A stretch of 64,000 nt of DNA from Sphyrna mokarran (Eukaryota). The notes beneath the pieces were generated by a model, which saw nothing but the letters and a program-made list of their open reading frames with translations, was not told where the DNA came from and ran no database searches. The position numbers and the translations under genes are program-made. How positions within the stretch are numbered: position 1 is the stretch's first letter; the number at the start of each line of letters is the position of its first letter. Below, in pieces: positions 1 to 13,749 of this stretch. The stretch is from the NCBI GenBank assembly GCA_024679065.1, contig JAGIQG010000004.1, positions 75,268,001 to 75,332,000 on the forward strand. Direction: 5' to 3'.

Positions 1-2089
1 TAGACTAGAAACCTGTGATCAATAATTCAGTGTGTGGATGATGTTTAGTTTCCACCTTTTTCGATGAAAGGATGTTGTACACCTTTAGTACCCATAATAA
101 CGGACCTGAAAAAAAAAAATCAGCTAATTTACCTTGGACTGTAGGTTGAACGTACCACCTTCATCTTTTATGTGGCTCGCACCACATAGGCAGCATTAAC
201 TGCTGAGTATTCAGAGGAATCAATAAAGGATAAAATTTAAAAAATGAATGGCCTACTAGAAATGGGAATAAAAATAATGCTAATGCAGTAGGTTTGAAAT
301 TAAAATTTCTGCTTTGTTCTAACCTGTTACTGCTACTGTTTGATAAATGAAAAGTATTTTATTTGTCCAACATTCAAATTACTGCTCCTCTTACATGAGT
401 GATATGTAAAGTTAAGATAGCAATATTTTGTTTTCACTGCAGAGCTGGGAATTTTTCATAGTTAATACATTCAAGAGTATTCCCCCTGTAATTCTCACGA
501 TATAAATATATTTTATACCTTGTCATTTCCCCTTTCCACTCCAATCTCCTTGGCAAACAGGGATGTGGAGAACAAACAATTTAGAAAGAAAAGTAATCAC
601 TTTTTGAGGTACATTTTAACAATACAGAATAAGGCTGGGCAGATTAGGAGTTGGATAGTGGGGGAAACACTCCAATCAGAGGTTTTGGCATATAATTTAA
701 ATGCAGTCCTAGAAAAAGTAAAGGAATTGGAGAGTAGGCTGAAGTTCCTTAGATGGGTAGAGAAATTAAAATTGCTGATGTGGAATTATTAGGCTGGACC
801 ACAGCATAATAAGGAGTGTTGTAAACTTGAATTCATGTAACAGTCACAAATGGTGGATGAAGGAATCGGTCCATTGGTTTTCAGAGAGTGTGATGGAAGA
901 AATGAAGGGATATGAGTAGAGCAGTTGGCGTCATTTAGATTGGACCAGTTTAGATTGGATCAGTATTGATAGTGAAACTGCAGAAGTGTTTACGGAACTC
1001 ATTGAGAAAAGAAGTTGACTTTGCTGTCTTGCATCCTAGCTGGCTGAGAATAGTCTGAGGGGAAGCTGGAGTGTTTATAGTATCTTGAGTATGGAAGTTA
1101 TGTTAGATTAAAACCAAGGTTCACATTGTTAAAGAAAATGTGTGGTTTTTGTATTTATTTAAAATATTTTGAGGTCTGAATGTGAGTATAATGAAGTTAC
1201 AAATTTAGATAATTTATTGGAGGCTGCCAAGGAATGTGACACATCTGATAATTTTATACAACTGAGGTTACTTTTTCAAAGTAGGGCAAGAAGAAATATG
1301 CAATTGGAGATTTGTGAATACAAATAGGTAAAGTTGATTTGATGCTTTTAAAATAAAAGATGTACAAAATCCTAGCTTTTTTAGGTGTAGAGAGTAAGCT
1401 GCAGTTAGAATAATGTGCCAGTATCGAGTGCTGTATTTGACAATGGAAGCCAATTCCTTAGAGGGGTATTCAGAAATGATGCACCAGGGGTTTGTTTTGA
1501 AGGTGAACCTAAGAAACATAAAAGATGATGATAATGCTTGGACTCGGAGTTTTGCTAAGGTTCTTTTTTTTTTAAGGCAAAGGTTAGATGTTTGTTTTTT
1601 AAAAGATGCACAAAGTCATGAAAAGAAAAATTAAAAAGTTACAGGGTAAGGGAAGAGGATTAGGACTAAGTAAGTTGTTCTTTCAGAAAGACTGCCAAAG
1701 AATTTGGGGCCAAATGGCTGTGTTGTCAAATCTTTTGATATATTAGTGCCAGTGAATTTTTCCTAAGTCACTTCTACTTGCAGTCTATCAGTGAAGATGC
1801 AAGTGATATGGTGAAATGCTCTGAAAGCTTCTGCTTGACTGAAGAACTCCAAGGACAAATTTGTGGCTAGATAATTAATCTCGAAAGATGATATTATTGC
1901 ACTGTGCGCTGGGCCATGATGTAGTGCCTGTTTTTAAAAAGTTTCATTAATGTCAAAACATTCAAAGAAAGTAAAACTACTCATTGTTCTACAGTCAAAA
2001 TCTGTTTTAATGTTACATGTCCTTACATTCGCTACCTTGGCGGTTTTAAAAAAAAATCTATCTTCCACTGTTTCTCCACAGGCACATTA

Positions 2090-2612
2090 TGAACCTGGAT
2101 TATGCAGCCAGCCTTAAACAGAGGCACGGATGTTTTCTTACAGATGATGTTGTGTTTAGGACATTGAATTTCACCATCTTGTCATTCAGACTGGGTGACA
2201 AATCTTTTTGTCCCCCCTTCCTCACAGAACAATGGATCTGTGGAACAGACTCCTGGCAAAAGCAGTTAATGGTATCGACCTCCATCAAAAAAAGGGCTGG
2301 ATAAGTATCTGGCGATTGTAAGATTATAGAGATAGGCACAGACAGAGATAATCGAATGCTCCATGGAATACGATGGTTCCTGTACTGCTGGGACCAGAAA
2401 ATATCATCTCCGGAGAGAAAGCGGCCAGGTTTGAGTAACTCTGGATAGATATTGTGGAGGCATGTTCAACCTTCTTGCAAGTAGGGAGAAATTTTGCAGA
2501 ACTTTCCCTCAGGTCATTAAATAAACAAATTTGAGCCCATGCTAGGGCAGATTGTACATTCTGTGGAAGGAACAAGCTTCATGGATTGAATGGCCTTTTT
2601 CTCGTTCCATGC
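2090..2612 (+). mobile_element. Old CR1-clade LINE 3' fragment with a long 3' UTR
   Basis: One frame reads HRTMDLWNRLLAKAV, followed by KKGLDKYL, typical of the CR1 ORF2 C-terminus. Ends with a gaatggccttttt-type tail. Confidence 0.5.
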
Positions 2613-2702
2613 TTTGTGTTAACAGCTGTGACCTGCCTTGTGCAACATGTTTGTTTGGATGCAGAAAGTGACTGCTTCCTAATTGTTCACTGTGTCCTTC
2701 AG

Positions 2703-2868
2703 GTAGCCAGATGCCATGCCTGCAAACGTCAGGGCAAGCTTCTGGAAACGGTACACTGGCGCGGGGAAATTAAACACTTCTGCAACCAGCAGTGCCTCTT
2801 GCGCTTCTACAGTCAGCAAAACCAGCCCAATCTAGCGACGCAGAAGGGACCTGAAAGTCTACTCAACA
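2703..2868 (+). CDS. ZMYM3: ZMYM3 internal exon (first in window): last MYM-type zinc finger
   Basis: ccttcag| acceptor and |gtaagt donor. Encodes VARCHACKRQGKLLETVHWRGEIKHFCNQQCLLRFYSQQNQPNLATQKGPESLLN (CxxC...FCxxxC finger), near-identical to recalled human ZMYM3. Phase 0 in, phase 1 out. Confidence 0.96.
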
Positions 2869-5419
2869 GTAAGTGGGTAGAGAAAGCCGCATGTTGTAGG
2901 CAGTGGACGTGATATACAAGTAGAGCAAATTGCACCGAGGTATCAAATGGTGCTTTGCTGTAGTTATTGATCTGTTAGTCATTTCATAGCAACCATTGGG
3001 GCGTGGCCACTTGACTCTCCTTAGCTGGTGTTTGCGAGGTCTAATCTTCGCTTTATCAGCTGATGTCTGTGCATCTCTGTAAACTTGCAGTAATCTTGCC
3101 ATTGTAGGTTATTCTTCATTCACTTGCATCATTTCATGTCAGCTGTCTACATATTGCAGTCCCATAACCTCACTATTGGATACTGGATGAAAGTGCTCTC
3201 AATTCCATCCTGTTTAGGGTAATTAACTTTCATATAGGAATCTGTATGTGTATATCTTCAGGAATAGGCAGAGGATGATATCACCCAGTAATACAACTTT
3301 CCTTTTCAAATGGTCATTTGGTAGTGCAGAACTTGAACTTTGCTGGGAAAAAAAAGATTTTTTTTCACTTGCGCTCATTAGGACAATTTTCAAGAATACC
3401 AAATATTAAGCAAACAGTTTATTACTATGAAAAGAGAATGCTAATTGATTTGCAAGTCAATTGTGGTAGAGGCATTACCATGAAGAGTGCATCAGTTGAC
3501 GTGACAGTTTACTGCCAAGCATTGTTTGGAAATTTGAACCAGGGCTGCCTGACTCTCTGATCAAGGCTTGGCGCTGAGGATTGAATCAGCCATTCACTGA
3601 AAAATAAACCTGTAAGTATGCAGCCCTTTAAGATCTTAAGATTTCACCATATAATTTAAGAATTACTTATTTGAGGTATAGTTTACTGTTCTCAAATCAA
3701 TTTGATCATAGCTAGGCCCACAAAGAATCATGAGACATTTGATTGCTTAATTTTGTTTTGGTGGTGCTGATTTGTGGTTAAACATTGGCCAGCGCTGTTG
3801 AAAAACTAATATTACCATGCGAATTGTTTCCTAAGCAGGCAAACCTTGGTTTAATATTTCATCCAAACCCAGCACTTCCAATAATGCAGTATTTCTTAAT
3901 TGAAGGTGTCAACCTTGATTTATGTGCTCAAAAGTTGAAGTGGAATTTGAACTTGTGATGTTCTAGCCCAGAGGTGAAAATGCTATCATTGAAACAAGGT
4001 GATGCTTTTCATATATTGTGTTTACAAAGTCCGTCAGTGCACTTTTGTGAGCTTTGCTGAAGCTGTGGAGTAAGATATTTTGTGCAATTATAGTTAGACC
4101 ATAGTTTAATTTCAAGGCCTTGGGATTTTAATGTTTTGTTTTGAAGTACTGTTATTTATAGTAAGAGCTGTCCATTAAGCGTGTGCACATGTTGGTTCAA
4201 CTCCCTGCACAGAAGGCAGAACAATAAAAAGTCATGCAGCTGTAAAGTTAACAGCTTATTTTCAGTGATGATGTGGAAGGGAAGATTGTACCTCAAATTG
4301 TACATTTCCTAGAGCATTTCATCTAAGCATTTCATCTCTTATTTAAACCTCTGTAGTTGAGTAATTGATAAATAATGTATTGAATGCATGTTTAGCAACA
4401 AAGAAAATTACGAATGCTCCATATTATTTGGTCCAAGATTCAGGTGTAAACCCTTTGTGCTTTGTTATATTCATATACAGAAATATAAATCTTTGGAGAT
4501 GAGCGCAAAAGTTGCCTTTTTTCCAAGGGTTTGGATGACCACTTGTCTAAATGCTTGGAACAAATGAGAGCTGCAACCCAACTTTGGAAGTAAATAATAA
4601 ATTTAAATGTAGATTTGAAATGACGTTGAATTAAGACAAAGATTAATGTCAGTCTAATAGAGTAATGCAGAATAAATAAAAGCCTTTGAATTATTTAGAC
4701 TTTGTTTGTGTTAATCTTATTAACAAAATCCTCTGATGTATAGCACAGGGCATGTCGGCTTTTGGATAATATCCACTTCAGTTTTGGAAAAATAACCAAT
4801 ATGGATTTTATTCATAGAGTTAGATGATGTTGAGGGAGGACATTTTGGGCCGTGAAGTTTGACGGTGAGGTACTAATAGCAAGATACCAGTGGTCATTCT
4901 AGGAATATCTTGAAATTTAGATGTTTTATGTTAAGGTGAATTATTTTGGTTTATGTACAATTTTCTTATTACTCTTCTTCTTACCTAGCATTTTAGTATC
5001 AGCATGCTAAATGTGTCTAGAAATCAATGATAGATCCTCCCAGTGTAGTGGACTGAATTAATGAAGGTTCTTCCATTGAAGAACAAAGTTATGGAGAAGT
5101 GAACTGTTAGAGAAACATACCAAGTATGTAAATATTTATTGTTGCTATATTTAAAATTGTGTAGCAATTCATAGTTTTTCATTGACGGTTCTATCCTTTG
5201 GACTGCTTGCTTCGAGGAAATGCTTTGCAGTGATAAAGTTGTAGCTTTAAAGCTAAGTTTGAAAGACAGTCAAAATTTGGCTGTAATGAAGAGATGTGTA
5301 CCTGTGCTTTTTAGTGGCTTTCTAAAATTTTGTGTTGCTGGAAAGGTCAATATCTGTTGCCTATCTATAAATACCCTTGAAAGTGGTGATGAGTCATTTT
5401 CTCGAACCACTGCATTCTA

Positions 5420-5830
5420 TCTCATGTAGGTACGGCTACCATACTATTGGATGGAATTCCAGGATTTGTCCAGTGACAGTGAAGGAACAGTGCTATAATA
5501 CATTGGGTGGCTTAGAGAGGAATTGCAGATGGTGGTTGTTTCTTGCATCTTCTTGTCCTCCTTGATAGTAGAGGTCATGGGTTTGGCAGATGGTACATAA
5601 TGCTGCCACAGCATGTGGTAGTGAAGAGAGTGAATGTTTAAAGTGATGGATGGGGTGCCAATCAAGCAGGCTGCTTTGTCTTGGATGGTGTTGAGTGTTT
5701 TTGGGAGTAGCGTTGATCTAGGCAAGTGGAGAGTATTCTAGCACACTCCTGATGGTGGACAAGTGCTGCAGAGTCAGGAGGTGAGGTACTTGCCAGGAAT
5801 TCCAAAGCCTCTGACCTGTAGTCATTTCTG
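5420..5830 (-). mobile_element. LINE (CR1/L2-type) ORF2 C-terminal fragment
   Basis: Minus-strand translation LNTIQDKAACLIGTPSITLNIHSLH...KSWNS resembles non-LTR ORF2 C-termini. Frameshifted. Confidence 0.7.
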
Positions 5831-7791
5831 GTGAATGGGTACTGACAATATGTACATACTGTAAATTGTATCATTTACAGTATCTATATTTAAAGTCTTC
5901 AGTCAATTCTGCATTTGGATGCCCTTGTATTGCTTAGTAAACTGATCAGTAAATGAATGGCTGCCATAAATGTTAATGTAACTGGCATTTCTCTACTCTT
6001 ACTGATCTGAACATAACTTAAAGGCACAAAAGTTATTTTCCTGTAATTGGCAGTAAAATAAAACCTAGTTTCACTTCAGTTTTTAAGCTATGTGGCTTGT
6101 ATGTGGAAGCAAATTAATCAGTCACAGAGATTGGCATCAGGAGCCCCTGCCCATTTAATTTGTGTGTATGTATGAATAATGCTAGATTGAAATTGGGTCA
6201 AGATTATAATTTGTATGTTCTGGTGCTACTACAATTGTGTAATGCTTCACTTCCATGGTTTAGGGTACCACCTGAAACATTTTGTGTTGCTGCCTGCGAA
6301 GCAACTCCAACTACTATATTTAACTATTCACGATTAAGCGAAATGCTTTAATAGTGTCCTGTACATCATTTGTCTTGTATGGTTCATGATTCATCTGGAA
6401 CAATGGAAAAATAGAAGTTAGGCAGAGAAATATTTTCTTGCATAACCAGACAAATGGAATGATACAAGATGCTTTTCCTTCCTCCATATATTGTGCATCT
6501 TTTGATTCAATTAGCATTTTATTAATATCAGTTGCAATTGACCTAATCTTTCACGCAAAACTCTGAATGGAGATGGTCCCCATCGTTTCTTTGGTTGGAA
6601 AATTAGGCAGGCGCTTTTGGTGCAGGCATGTAGTTTTTGGAGTCGGGAACTAGGGCAAACGTATGAAAATAATATTTTGAGATGCAAAGCATGCAAATAT
6701 TTTGTAGATCGAATAGTGAAGAAAAGCCTTTCAGTTAACTTATGACTAGCTTAACAAGTAACTACTTATTTAATATCTTTCAAAATATGATGAAAGAATA
6801 TATTAATATGCTCAGTTGTGTTCTGTGTCTAGTTACTATTTTGAAATTCATGAATTTCTAAAATAGCAACGAGACACAAAAAAACATTTTCGCCTTGCTC
6901 TTACAACCTCATTTTTTAAAGTATTACAACTATTTTCAGAATTTTGTCAGTTGTCATCAACAAAACAAAACCCCACCATCCCACTCTTGGACTCTCAATT
7001 TTGGACATGCTCATTATGGTGACTTCTAGCCGTGCACAAGTTTGAAGTGGATGTAATATTTTAGTTACTTGTGCTGTTATCTATCTTTGTGTTTCCAGTC
7101 TGTATCAGTGCTAAATTTATTTCTTTGGTTATATTGTTCTAGTGAAGGATGCTTTTTGATGAAATCAATATAAGGTGTTTGGATAGTGAAAGCTGGTTCT
7201 AATTAAAATCTCAGTCTTCTGTGCTCCAATTAAATTTCAGTTTACATCTACCTGTGTTAGATTGTAGTTTTATTCATTGAGCTAATGCCTGGCAGATATT
7301 TGGTTGGACTGCACCAGATTTGTTTTAGGTGGCTCAGGGCTGTGACCTTTTTAGTCCTGTTGGTCTGAGCTGTCTTCAGATCCAAATCCCAGATATCAGT
7401 GTGCGCCCCATGGTCCTTCTTAAATTGTTCATTCAACTATCACCATCTCAAAACTATTTTACTGTGCATTTGTTAATGCTTAAAACATGTCATGAACTCG
7501 TATGTATTTCAAAAATAAGAAATAATTGGCATATTTGTGTTTTGTCCCAGAAATTGTGATTGGTAGTATGTCGTGCAAATGTTGCACGCCTTGCGCAAAC
7601 TAGTGCAAGTACAGAGATGTGCAGTAGTGACCTCAAATGACTTCCACATTATCATGTGGATGAGTTTTGGAAAAAACGACTTGCTGAGGTTTTATAAACA
7701 TGCACACCCATAAACGTGCACACTCTCAAGCGTGCACAGTCACAAACATCGGCTCAGTTTGTTTCAAACAATCTGTGTCTTTTGTTTGCAG

Positions 7792-7862
7792 ATGAGGCGC
7801 AGGAGTCTAAGAATGCGACGTCTCCGACTCCCTCTCCGACTCCCTCTCCCACGCAATTTGAA
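7792..7862 (+). CDS. ZMYM3: ZMYM3 small low-complexity exon
   Basis: ttttgtttgcag| acceptor and |gtaagt donor. 71 nt converts phase 1 to phase 0, which is needed to join the flanking exons. Encodes (N)EAQESKNATSPTPSPTPSPTQFE. Not in the ORF track. Confidence 0.82.
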
Positions 7863-8624
7863 GTAAGTAAAGTTTTTTGTTTTGAATAATCTTCCACCTA
7901 CCACAGGGGTGGATTGAAGTGTTTTTTTTAACCATTTAACTCCACATTCAGTGTGCTTCCTCCCATGCTCCGGGTGCTAGCTGAAAGTTGAGAGAATATG
8001 AACTCTGGCTGAGGTAAGTGCATCCATATTCCATTCATAACCTTAAAGAAAAAAGTTCCTGAATTAGAGGAAAGTTGCCATGGAAATTGGATGCACTTTG
8101 TACACTTCAACCATATTGAACATATCATCAAAGGTCAGGAAATTGTAATTTTATCATTTTTAAATCACCTAAGTCTTAATCCTTTTTTTTTTGCTTTGTG
8201 TTACTCTGCTGACTGTGAAATTTTGTTTCTGGTTTTGTGTAATGGATACATAATCATATTGGATACAAACAAATGTAAGAAAGCATTGAACAAGAAAAAG
8301 GGTTATTAAGCTCACTTCTTCCACAGACTGTGTACAATCTGTCCTGTGATGGATTCCATATCACCATTGTAATGAGGGAAAGTTCTGCAAAATATTGTAT
8401 GCTCTCAGATGATAGTTGAACAAAACTCCACAGTTTCTACCTTGTATTTGTATTACTCGTTCATAAGTAGTCAGCTGCCCTCCACAATCCCATCACTGCA
8501 AGAAACTCTCTGTTCCATGGAGCATTTGATTTATCTTTGTGCTTATCCTACCTTCAAACCCATTATTAACCATTTATTTTATATAACTTTTATTTATTAA
8601 GGAGTTAATCAGCAAAGCATTGGT

Positions 8625-8755
8625 AAAAAGCAGTGTGAATGCTGAATATCTGAAATAAAAACAAAAAAAAATTGCTGGAAACGTACAGCAGGCCATTCAA
8701 CATCTGAAAGAGAAAAATAGGTAAAGTTTCAGATTTGACTCTTCATCAGAACTGT
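8625..8755. repeat. Short shark-type interspersed repeat (aaaa...tgctggaaa...cagcagg...catctg family)
   Basis: Similar to 49583-49640 and, in reverse complement, to 24305-24370 and 51891-51945. Confidence 0.5.
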
Positions 8756-9995
8756 GTATTTAAGCATATTTTGTTGGTATTTCAGCTTGTAAAGCATTAA
8801 CTGCTTTTATTGGGAGTCTCTTGCACTATCCTGGGACGGGGAAAATGAAATTGAGCTGAAAATCTTAATCTCTGTGTATTTATACTCAAATATTATTTTA
8901 AATGAAGTGGAAGGTAATTCTGTGAGTATATACAAATATTCACAGGTACTTCATCACAGAGTATCTTTCTTTGTTGCGGTTTTCATCTTAAGTTCTGTTT
9001 GAAAAACAGTATCCCTTCTCAACATTTGTTTTGCTGACCTCTTGTGGAACTGGAAAACTGGAGTGATAATAGACGGGGAGGGGGTTTCTGGTCCTCTTCT
9101 GTCTACTGCGTTGAGTGGGATCTTGGGTCTTACTGAAAGGATTGAAGGTGAATTTTGAACTTGATCTCCTTGATGAGAATGACCTTGGGGGGGGAACTCA
9201 GTAATAATTTAATATTTCATGCATACTCCTGTAGGATGGCTACAGATAAAATAGGTGCATGCTCAATTTATGAAATTGGACCATTTCCAGTAAATATTGA
9301 TTAATTATAAATTAATCATTGACACTTAGACCCAATGGAGGAGCAGTACTTTGGGTGGCTGGGCAGGAAATGAGATGCAGCATATTAATTATTGAAGAGT
9401 TTTGACATTATGTGTCAGTGTGTTCAAAAAAGGACCAAATTCTGATTTCATACTGAAGAATGGAAAAAATTCTAGAGTGGGATTCAGTGTTCAATAAGTT
9501 GATTTCAGTCATCACCTTGTGATTTTATTATAATTTCTGGTGACATTTCATATATTCTTTGAGGAAGACTTTCCATCATCTTGAACCCCATTTTATTCCT
9601 ACTAAATTCATCTTGGAGTTCAGTTGAGTGATTGTGACCATTGTTCATGTGCAAAGGTGGACAGCGAATATTGGCAATTGTGCAGTAGCCCAGCCCCAGC
9701 CTGATTCTGTCAATTCTTCTGATGACTGTACAGATACTCTTCAGCATGAATCATTGGATAGTAATTCAGAACAGGATGGTGTGTGTGTGTGTGTGTGTAT
9801 GTTGTCCCATTCCATTTTAGCTGAGATTTGCTGTCTCAGCACAAATCAAGAATTCAACCTGGAAGCTTGATTGTCTGCATAATGCTGTTTCACGTGCATT
9901 AATTCACTGGGCTAAAATACACTGTTCAAGAGTCATTCTTCCAGTAATGTGATAACTGTCTTGTATATTTCTAATTTTAAAATGTTCCTTATTAG

Positions 9996-10170
9996 GCATC
10001 TGTACAGACTCGGTCATCAAAACAACCACCACCTCCACCGCCACCACCACCTTCGCCGCCATCTCCACCTCCTGTGACACTGAAGAATAAGGCTGTACTG
10101 TGTAAACCCTTGACTCAGAATAAGGGCATCTCCTGTAAACCTGAAATGAAGTCCAAAGGATGTCAAACAG
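9996..10170 (+). CDS. ZMYM3: ZMYM3 proline-rich exon
   Basis: ccttattag| acceptor and cag|gtaaat donor. Encodes ASVQTRSSKQ-polyPro-VTLKNKAVLCKPLTQNKGISCKPEMKSKGCQT, matching the ZMYM2/3/4 KNKAxxCKP...KGxQT block. A second in-frame acceptor exists at 10008. Confidence 0.92.
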
Positions 10171-10629
10171 GTAAATGATCAGAATGACGCAAAACAGAGT
10201 TGATGCTGTACACTTGTTTGATATTATCAGATTCATTTAAAAGGCTGTTGACAACCATAAAGCCTCTGATTAATACTTTAAGTTGCTTGTCATACTGAGG
10301 ATATTTTGTTTGCACAATTGTTACTGTCGGCTTCCCCTTTCTTTTTGCTATGTGCTATTACTGTAGCCAGTAAAGGCAGCTGCAAAGGAATGTTACTGAT
10401 GTATCCAAGATATTAAATAGAGTTCAGAAGGCTAACGTTGGGTACATTGATAAAATATCTACAAAGAAGTGATGAATACCTGAAACCTGTGAACTTTTCC
10501 TGTTGTTCATTTTGGTATAAGCTGCATCTTTCTCAAGAAGTCCAATCTTTGAGAATATCTGTGTCGCAGCAGGCTTAACCATTCATCACAGGGCCACATC
10601 AAGGATACAAAAGTATAATGATGATGTTG

Positions 10630-10870
10630 CCAGGCGAGTAATCCAGAGATGGAGACTTCAGATCCTGCCTTGACAAAGAATTTAAATTCAGTTTAAAAAT
10701 GAAGTTAAAATCAGCTGGAATGTGTAAACATTATCATAAAACTGTCCATTTTTTAAAAAAATGCACTGATTCGCTATATTTAAAGAAGGAAACCCACCGT
10801 TCTCATTTTGTCCAAGCTTGTTTTAACTGCTACATTGTGGTTAATGTTTAGCATCCTATGAAATGGATGC
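10630..10870 (+). mobile_element. Degraded SINE, same family as 22449-22800
   Basis: Shares taatccagag, gaatttaaattc and gaaggaaa blocks with the copies at 22449 and 55915. Confidence 0.5.
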
Positions 10871-11159
10871 ATGTTTGTAGAATGAGTGCTTGTAGTACAC
10901 TCTCAGCTGAGGTCTTGCTGTTTCAGATGAAGATGCCATCTGATTTCCCATGGTTCACAGGCGTTAAAGATTTCCTTATTGGGAGGAACAAGAGATTTTC
11001 AGTAGATTGTTTCATTTAAAAAATAATTTGTGATTGAAAGTTTTTCAAAAGCAAGTAGAACATTTCCCAGTAGCTCAAAAAAGTGAGTTTTTTCTAAATC
11101 TGTAATTAAAATACATTATTGGAACCTCTTTTGTTAAATATTTTAATTTTCTGTTTCAG

Positions 11160-11275
11160 AGGACGAATGGAAACCACAGCTGATTGTGGTGCCTATCCCT
11201 GTGCCAGTCTTCATACCAGTGCCTTTGCATATGTATTGTCAAAACACACCAGTGCCTTTCTCTATGCCAATCCCG
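11160..11275 (+). CDS. ZMYM3: ZMYM3 exon, Pro/Val-rich (PIPVP) motif
   Basis: ctgtttcag| and |gtaagt. Encodes (E)DEWKPQLIVVPIPVPVFIPVPLHMYCQNTPVPFSMPIP. Phase 1 to 0. Confidence 0.96.
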
Positions 11276-12548
11276 GTAAGTTTTGCTGCTTTTGTAACTT
11301 GTACTTCACAGGAAGCTTTGAGTCAAATATTGCCATTTGCAAGGTACATATTATTAGAAGCAAAAATATTCAACTTCTTAATGTCATCTTTTTAAAGATG
11401 TGTTGTTAAGCTTAAGAATGTAGTATAGAAGCATGCAAATGATCAAGCTGTTCAATTTTTAATTGGTTCACATTAGTTCTTATAGCTCTGATTTCATTTT
11501 GCAAGTTATTTTTAATCAGTGGGGAATTACTTTTACACTGCTGAATTTTTTTTAAAAGTTGGGAAAAGAAGAAAGTGGAAATATTATTGTGGTGGGGTGC
11601 TGGTGTTTATTTTACTTCCAATTTTCTCCCCTCCATTTGTGTCTTGAAATCACTTACTGTTCTCTTGTCAACAAGTGTTATTTTTCTTTGGACAGACTTA
11701 ACAATAAAGAGTGTTCACAGGATAGCAGTGGGTGAAAGGAAAGGGAATAAGTCAGAGTTTCTGCTCCTAAAGTCCTTCCAGGGATTTCTGTTGGAAATTA
11801 TGCATGTGTAGACATTAGTGGGAACTAGATCAGGCTTGCTTACGATACTTACTATAGTGGAGTTGCCTGTTGATGCTCAAGTCGTCTGTTGGTCTGTTGT
11901 GTGCATTTCTGTAATTTCTGTAATATGATACCTATCATTCCATAAATCATATTTTGACTATTCAGAAGAAAATGATACTCTAACGCTTAAGTACGACAAA
12001 AAGTTTATCAGTCGAGGAAATCCTGAGTAATGAGGAAGCATGTCCGTTTGGGTTTGAGAAGGAGAACGATGAGAACAATTATTTTAGTATATTTTGATAC
12101 GGAAGGCTGAGCAATTTCTGGGTGGGTTTACAGGGGAAATTGGGGTAGTAAGAGGCCTTAAAAGTATTGGATAAAATGGGGAAAGTTAGGGGGGATAGAT
12201 TAGGGGGGGACATAGCATGTAATTGAATTTTTGAAGAGTGCAATCTAGAATTGTGACGTAAAACTGAACCTGAGAAAAATGGCATTTTGAATACAGCATT
12301 CAACTGTTGGGAGAAGCTTTGGGAGACATTAGGTGTAGCTGTGGTTTGTAGGTTGGTAGATGTGGGAAACTGGTTGAGTCTTCAGATGTGAAGGATTATT
12401 TGGAGTGAGTGGATACGTTTTACAACATTTAAGATAATGAAAGGTGCAACAAATATTTCTAAGTTGCTAGCATATAGAGAAATGTTTGTGAGACTTGAAA
12501 TGAACCGTCTTATCTTTGTAACAAGCTGCCATGTTATTTGTAAAATAG

Positions 12549-12723
12549 GTTCCTATTCCGATGTTCCTTCCTACCACTTTAGACAGTGCTGATAAGATAG
12601 TAGAAACAATAGAGGAGCTGAAGGTCAAAATTCCTTCAAATCCATTTGAAGCTGACATACTCGCTATGGCAGAAATGATAGCAGAGGCTGAGGAAATGGA
12701 GAAAGCTTCATCAGATCTTTGTG
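12549..12723 (+). CDS. ZMYM3: ZMYM3 exon ending in a GC donor
   Basis: aaatag| acceptor. Encodes VPIPMFLPTTLDSADKIVETIEELKVKIPSNPFEADILAMAEMIAEAEEMEKASSDLC. Donor G|GCAAGT gives phase 1 and restores the conserved LC-D-L junction. Confidence 0.93.
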
Positions 12724-13749
12724 GCAAGTTGCATTTTTATTAATTTTTCTTGCAGCATTGTTTCTAAATTTGTTCTGATGATGAATAGAATCATCATTAA
12801 GCCAGATTATTCAAAATATTAGCCTTAATGCACTCAATATTATAGTTTTTCTCAGTGACTTTTGATATAAATGTGTACCTAATCTGTATCTGGTAGTCAC
12901 TTCTCTTGTGACTTCAAAAGATGAATTCCAAAGTTGGTTTCTGTAACTTGTTTATCACATTTGAACATCTTCTGCTCCTCTCTGAACTTCTGCAATGATC
13001 TGAAACTCTAATTTAGACTTTACATGCAGCATGATGCATATTGATCTTGTTCTAGTTTGGAAAATAATTGAAAAAAGCAGAAAGGAGGAGGATTATATGG
13101 CAATTTTTTTATTCATTTGTTTGCAGTATTGCACTTGTCATGGCCTACTGATGAACAGTTGAAGGCGTTGCTGCTCTTTAAAATAATGCCATGCGATTGA
13201 TAGTTTTCATCCCTATATTAAAATATAGTACTTCCAGCAATCCTGCCATTCTCATTACTGCAGTTATGTGTCAGTTTATGTTGCACGCTGCCCTGAAGTG
13301 TAACTTAAATTGTGCTCCAGACGGTGAGGGTAGAACTAGTGCTAATCTTCTAACCAGATTTATTTACATAGGTACATGCTTCAAAATATGCACCTCCATG
13401 CATCTCATTCCCTGTTTCATCTTGTTGTTATTTATAAGAGTGCAAGTGATTCCCAGTAGCAGCCAATTATTTGCATAGTATGCAATTAAGAACTTCAATC
13501 CAGACCTGCTGACTGAGATGAATGTGCTGACAACAGAACAAAGCTGACACGACGTCAGCTTTCTTTTTTTAAGTTAATGTGTTTTTCATGTTGATCAGTT
13601 AAGGTATTTTCTTTCTGTCCCAAACACCACTTCCTTAAACCACACTGTCCACTCCCCAACAACTCACCCATTCCTGATCTTTTAAAATTATTTATTAGTC
13701 ATCATCTTTTTAATATGAAATAACTGTTATTTCTTCCTTGCTTAAACAG

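Noticed and set aside
530-1560. Possible decayed Gypsy gag-like remnant
   Set aside because: Only vague similarity (LRGKAG-like and LLEAAKECD fragments). No LTRs or diagnostic motifs, so too weak to call.
2082-2304. Extra ZMYM3 exon after the acceptor-like tttctccacag at 2081
   Set aside because: No frame encodes an MYM finger, and the sequence is better explained as a decayed CR1 3' end.
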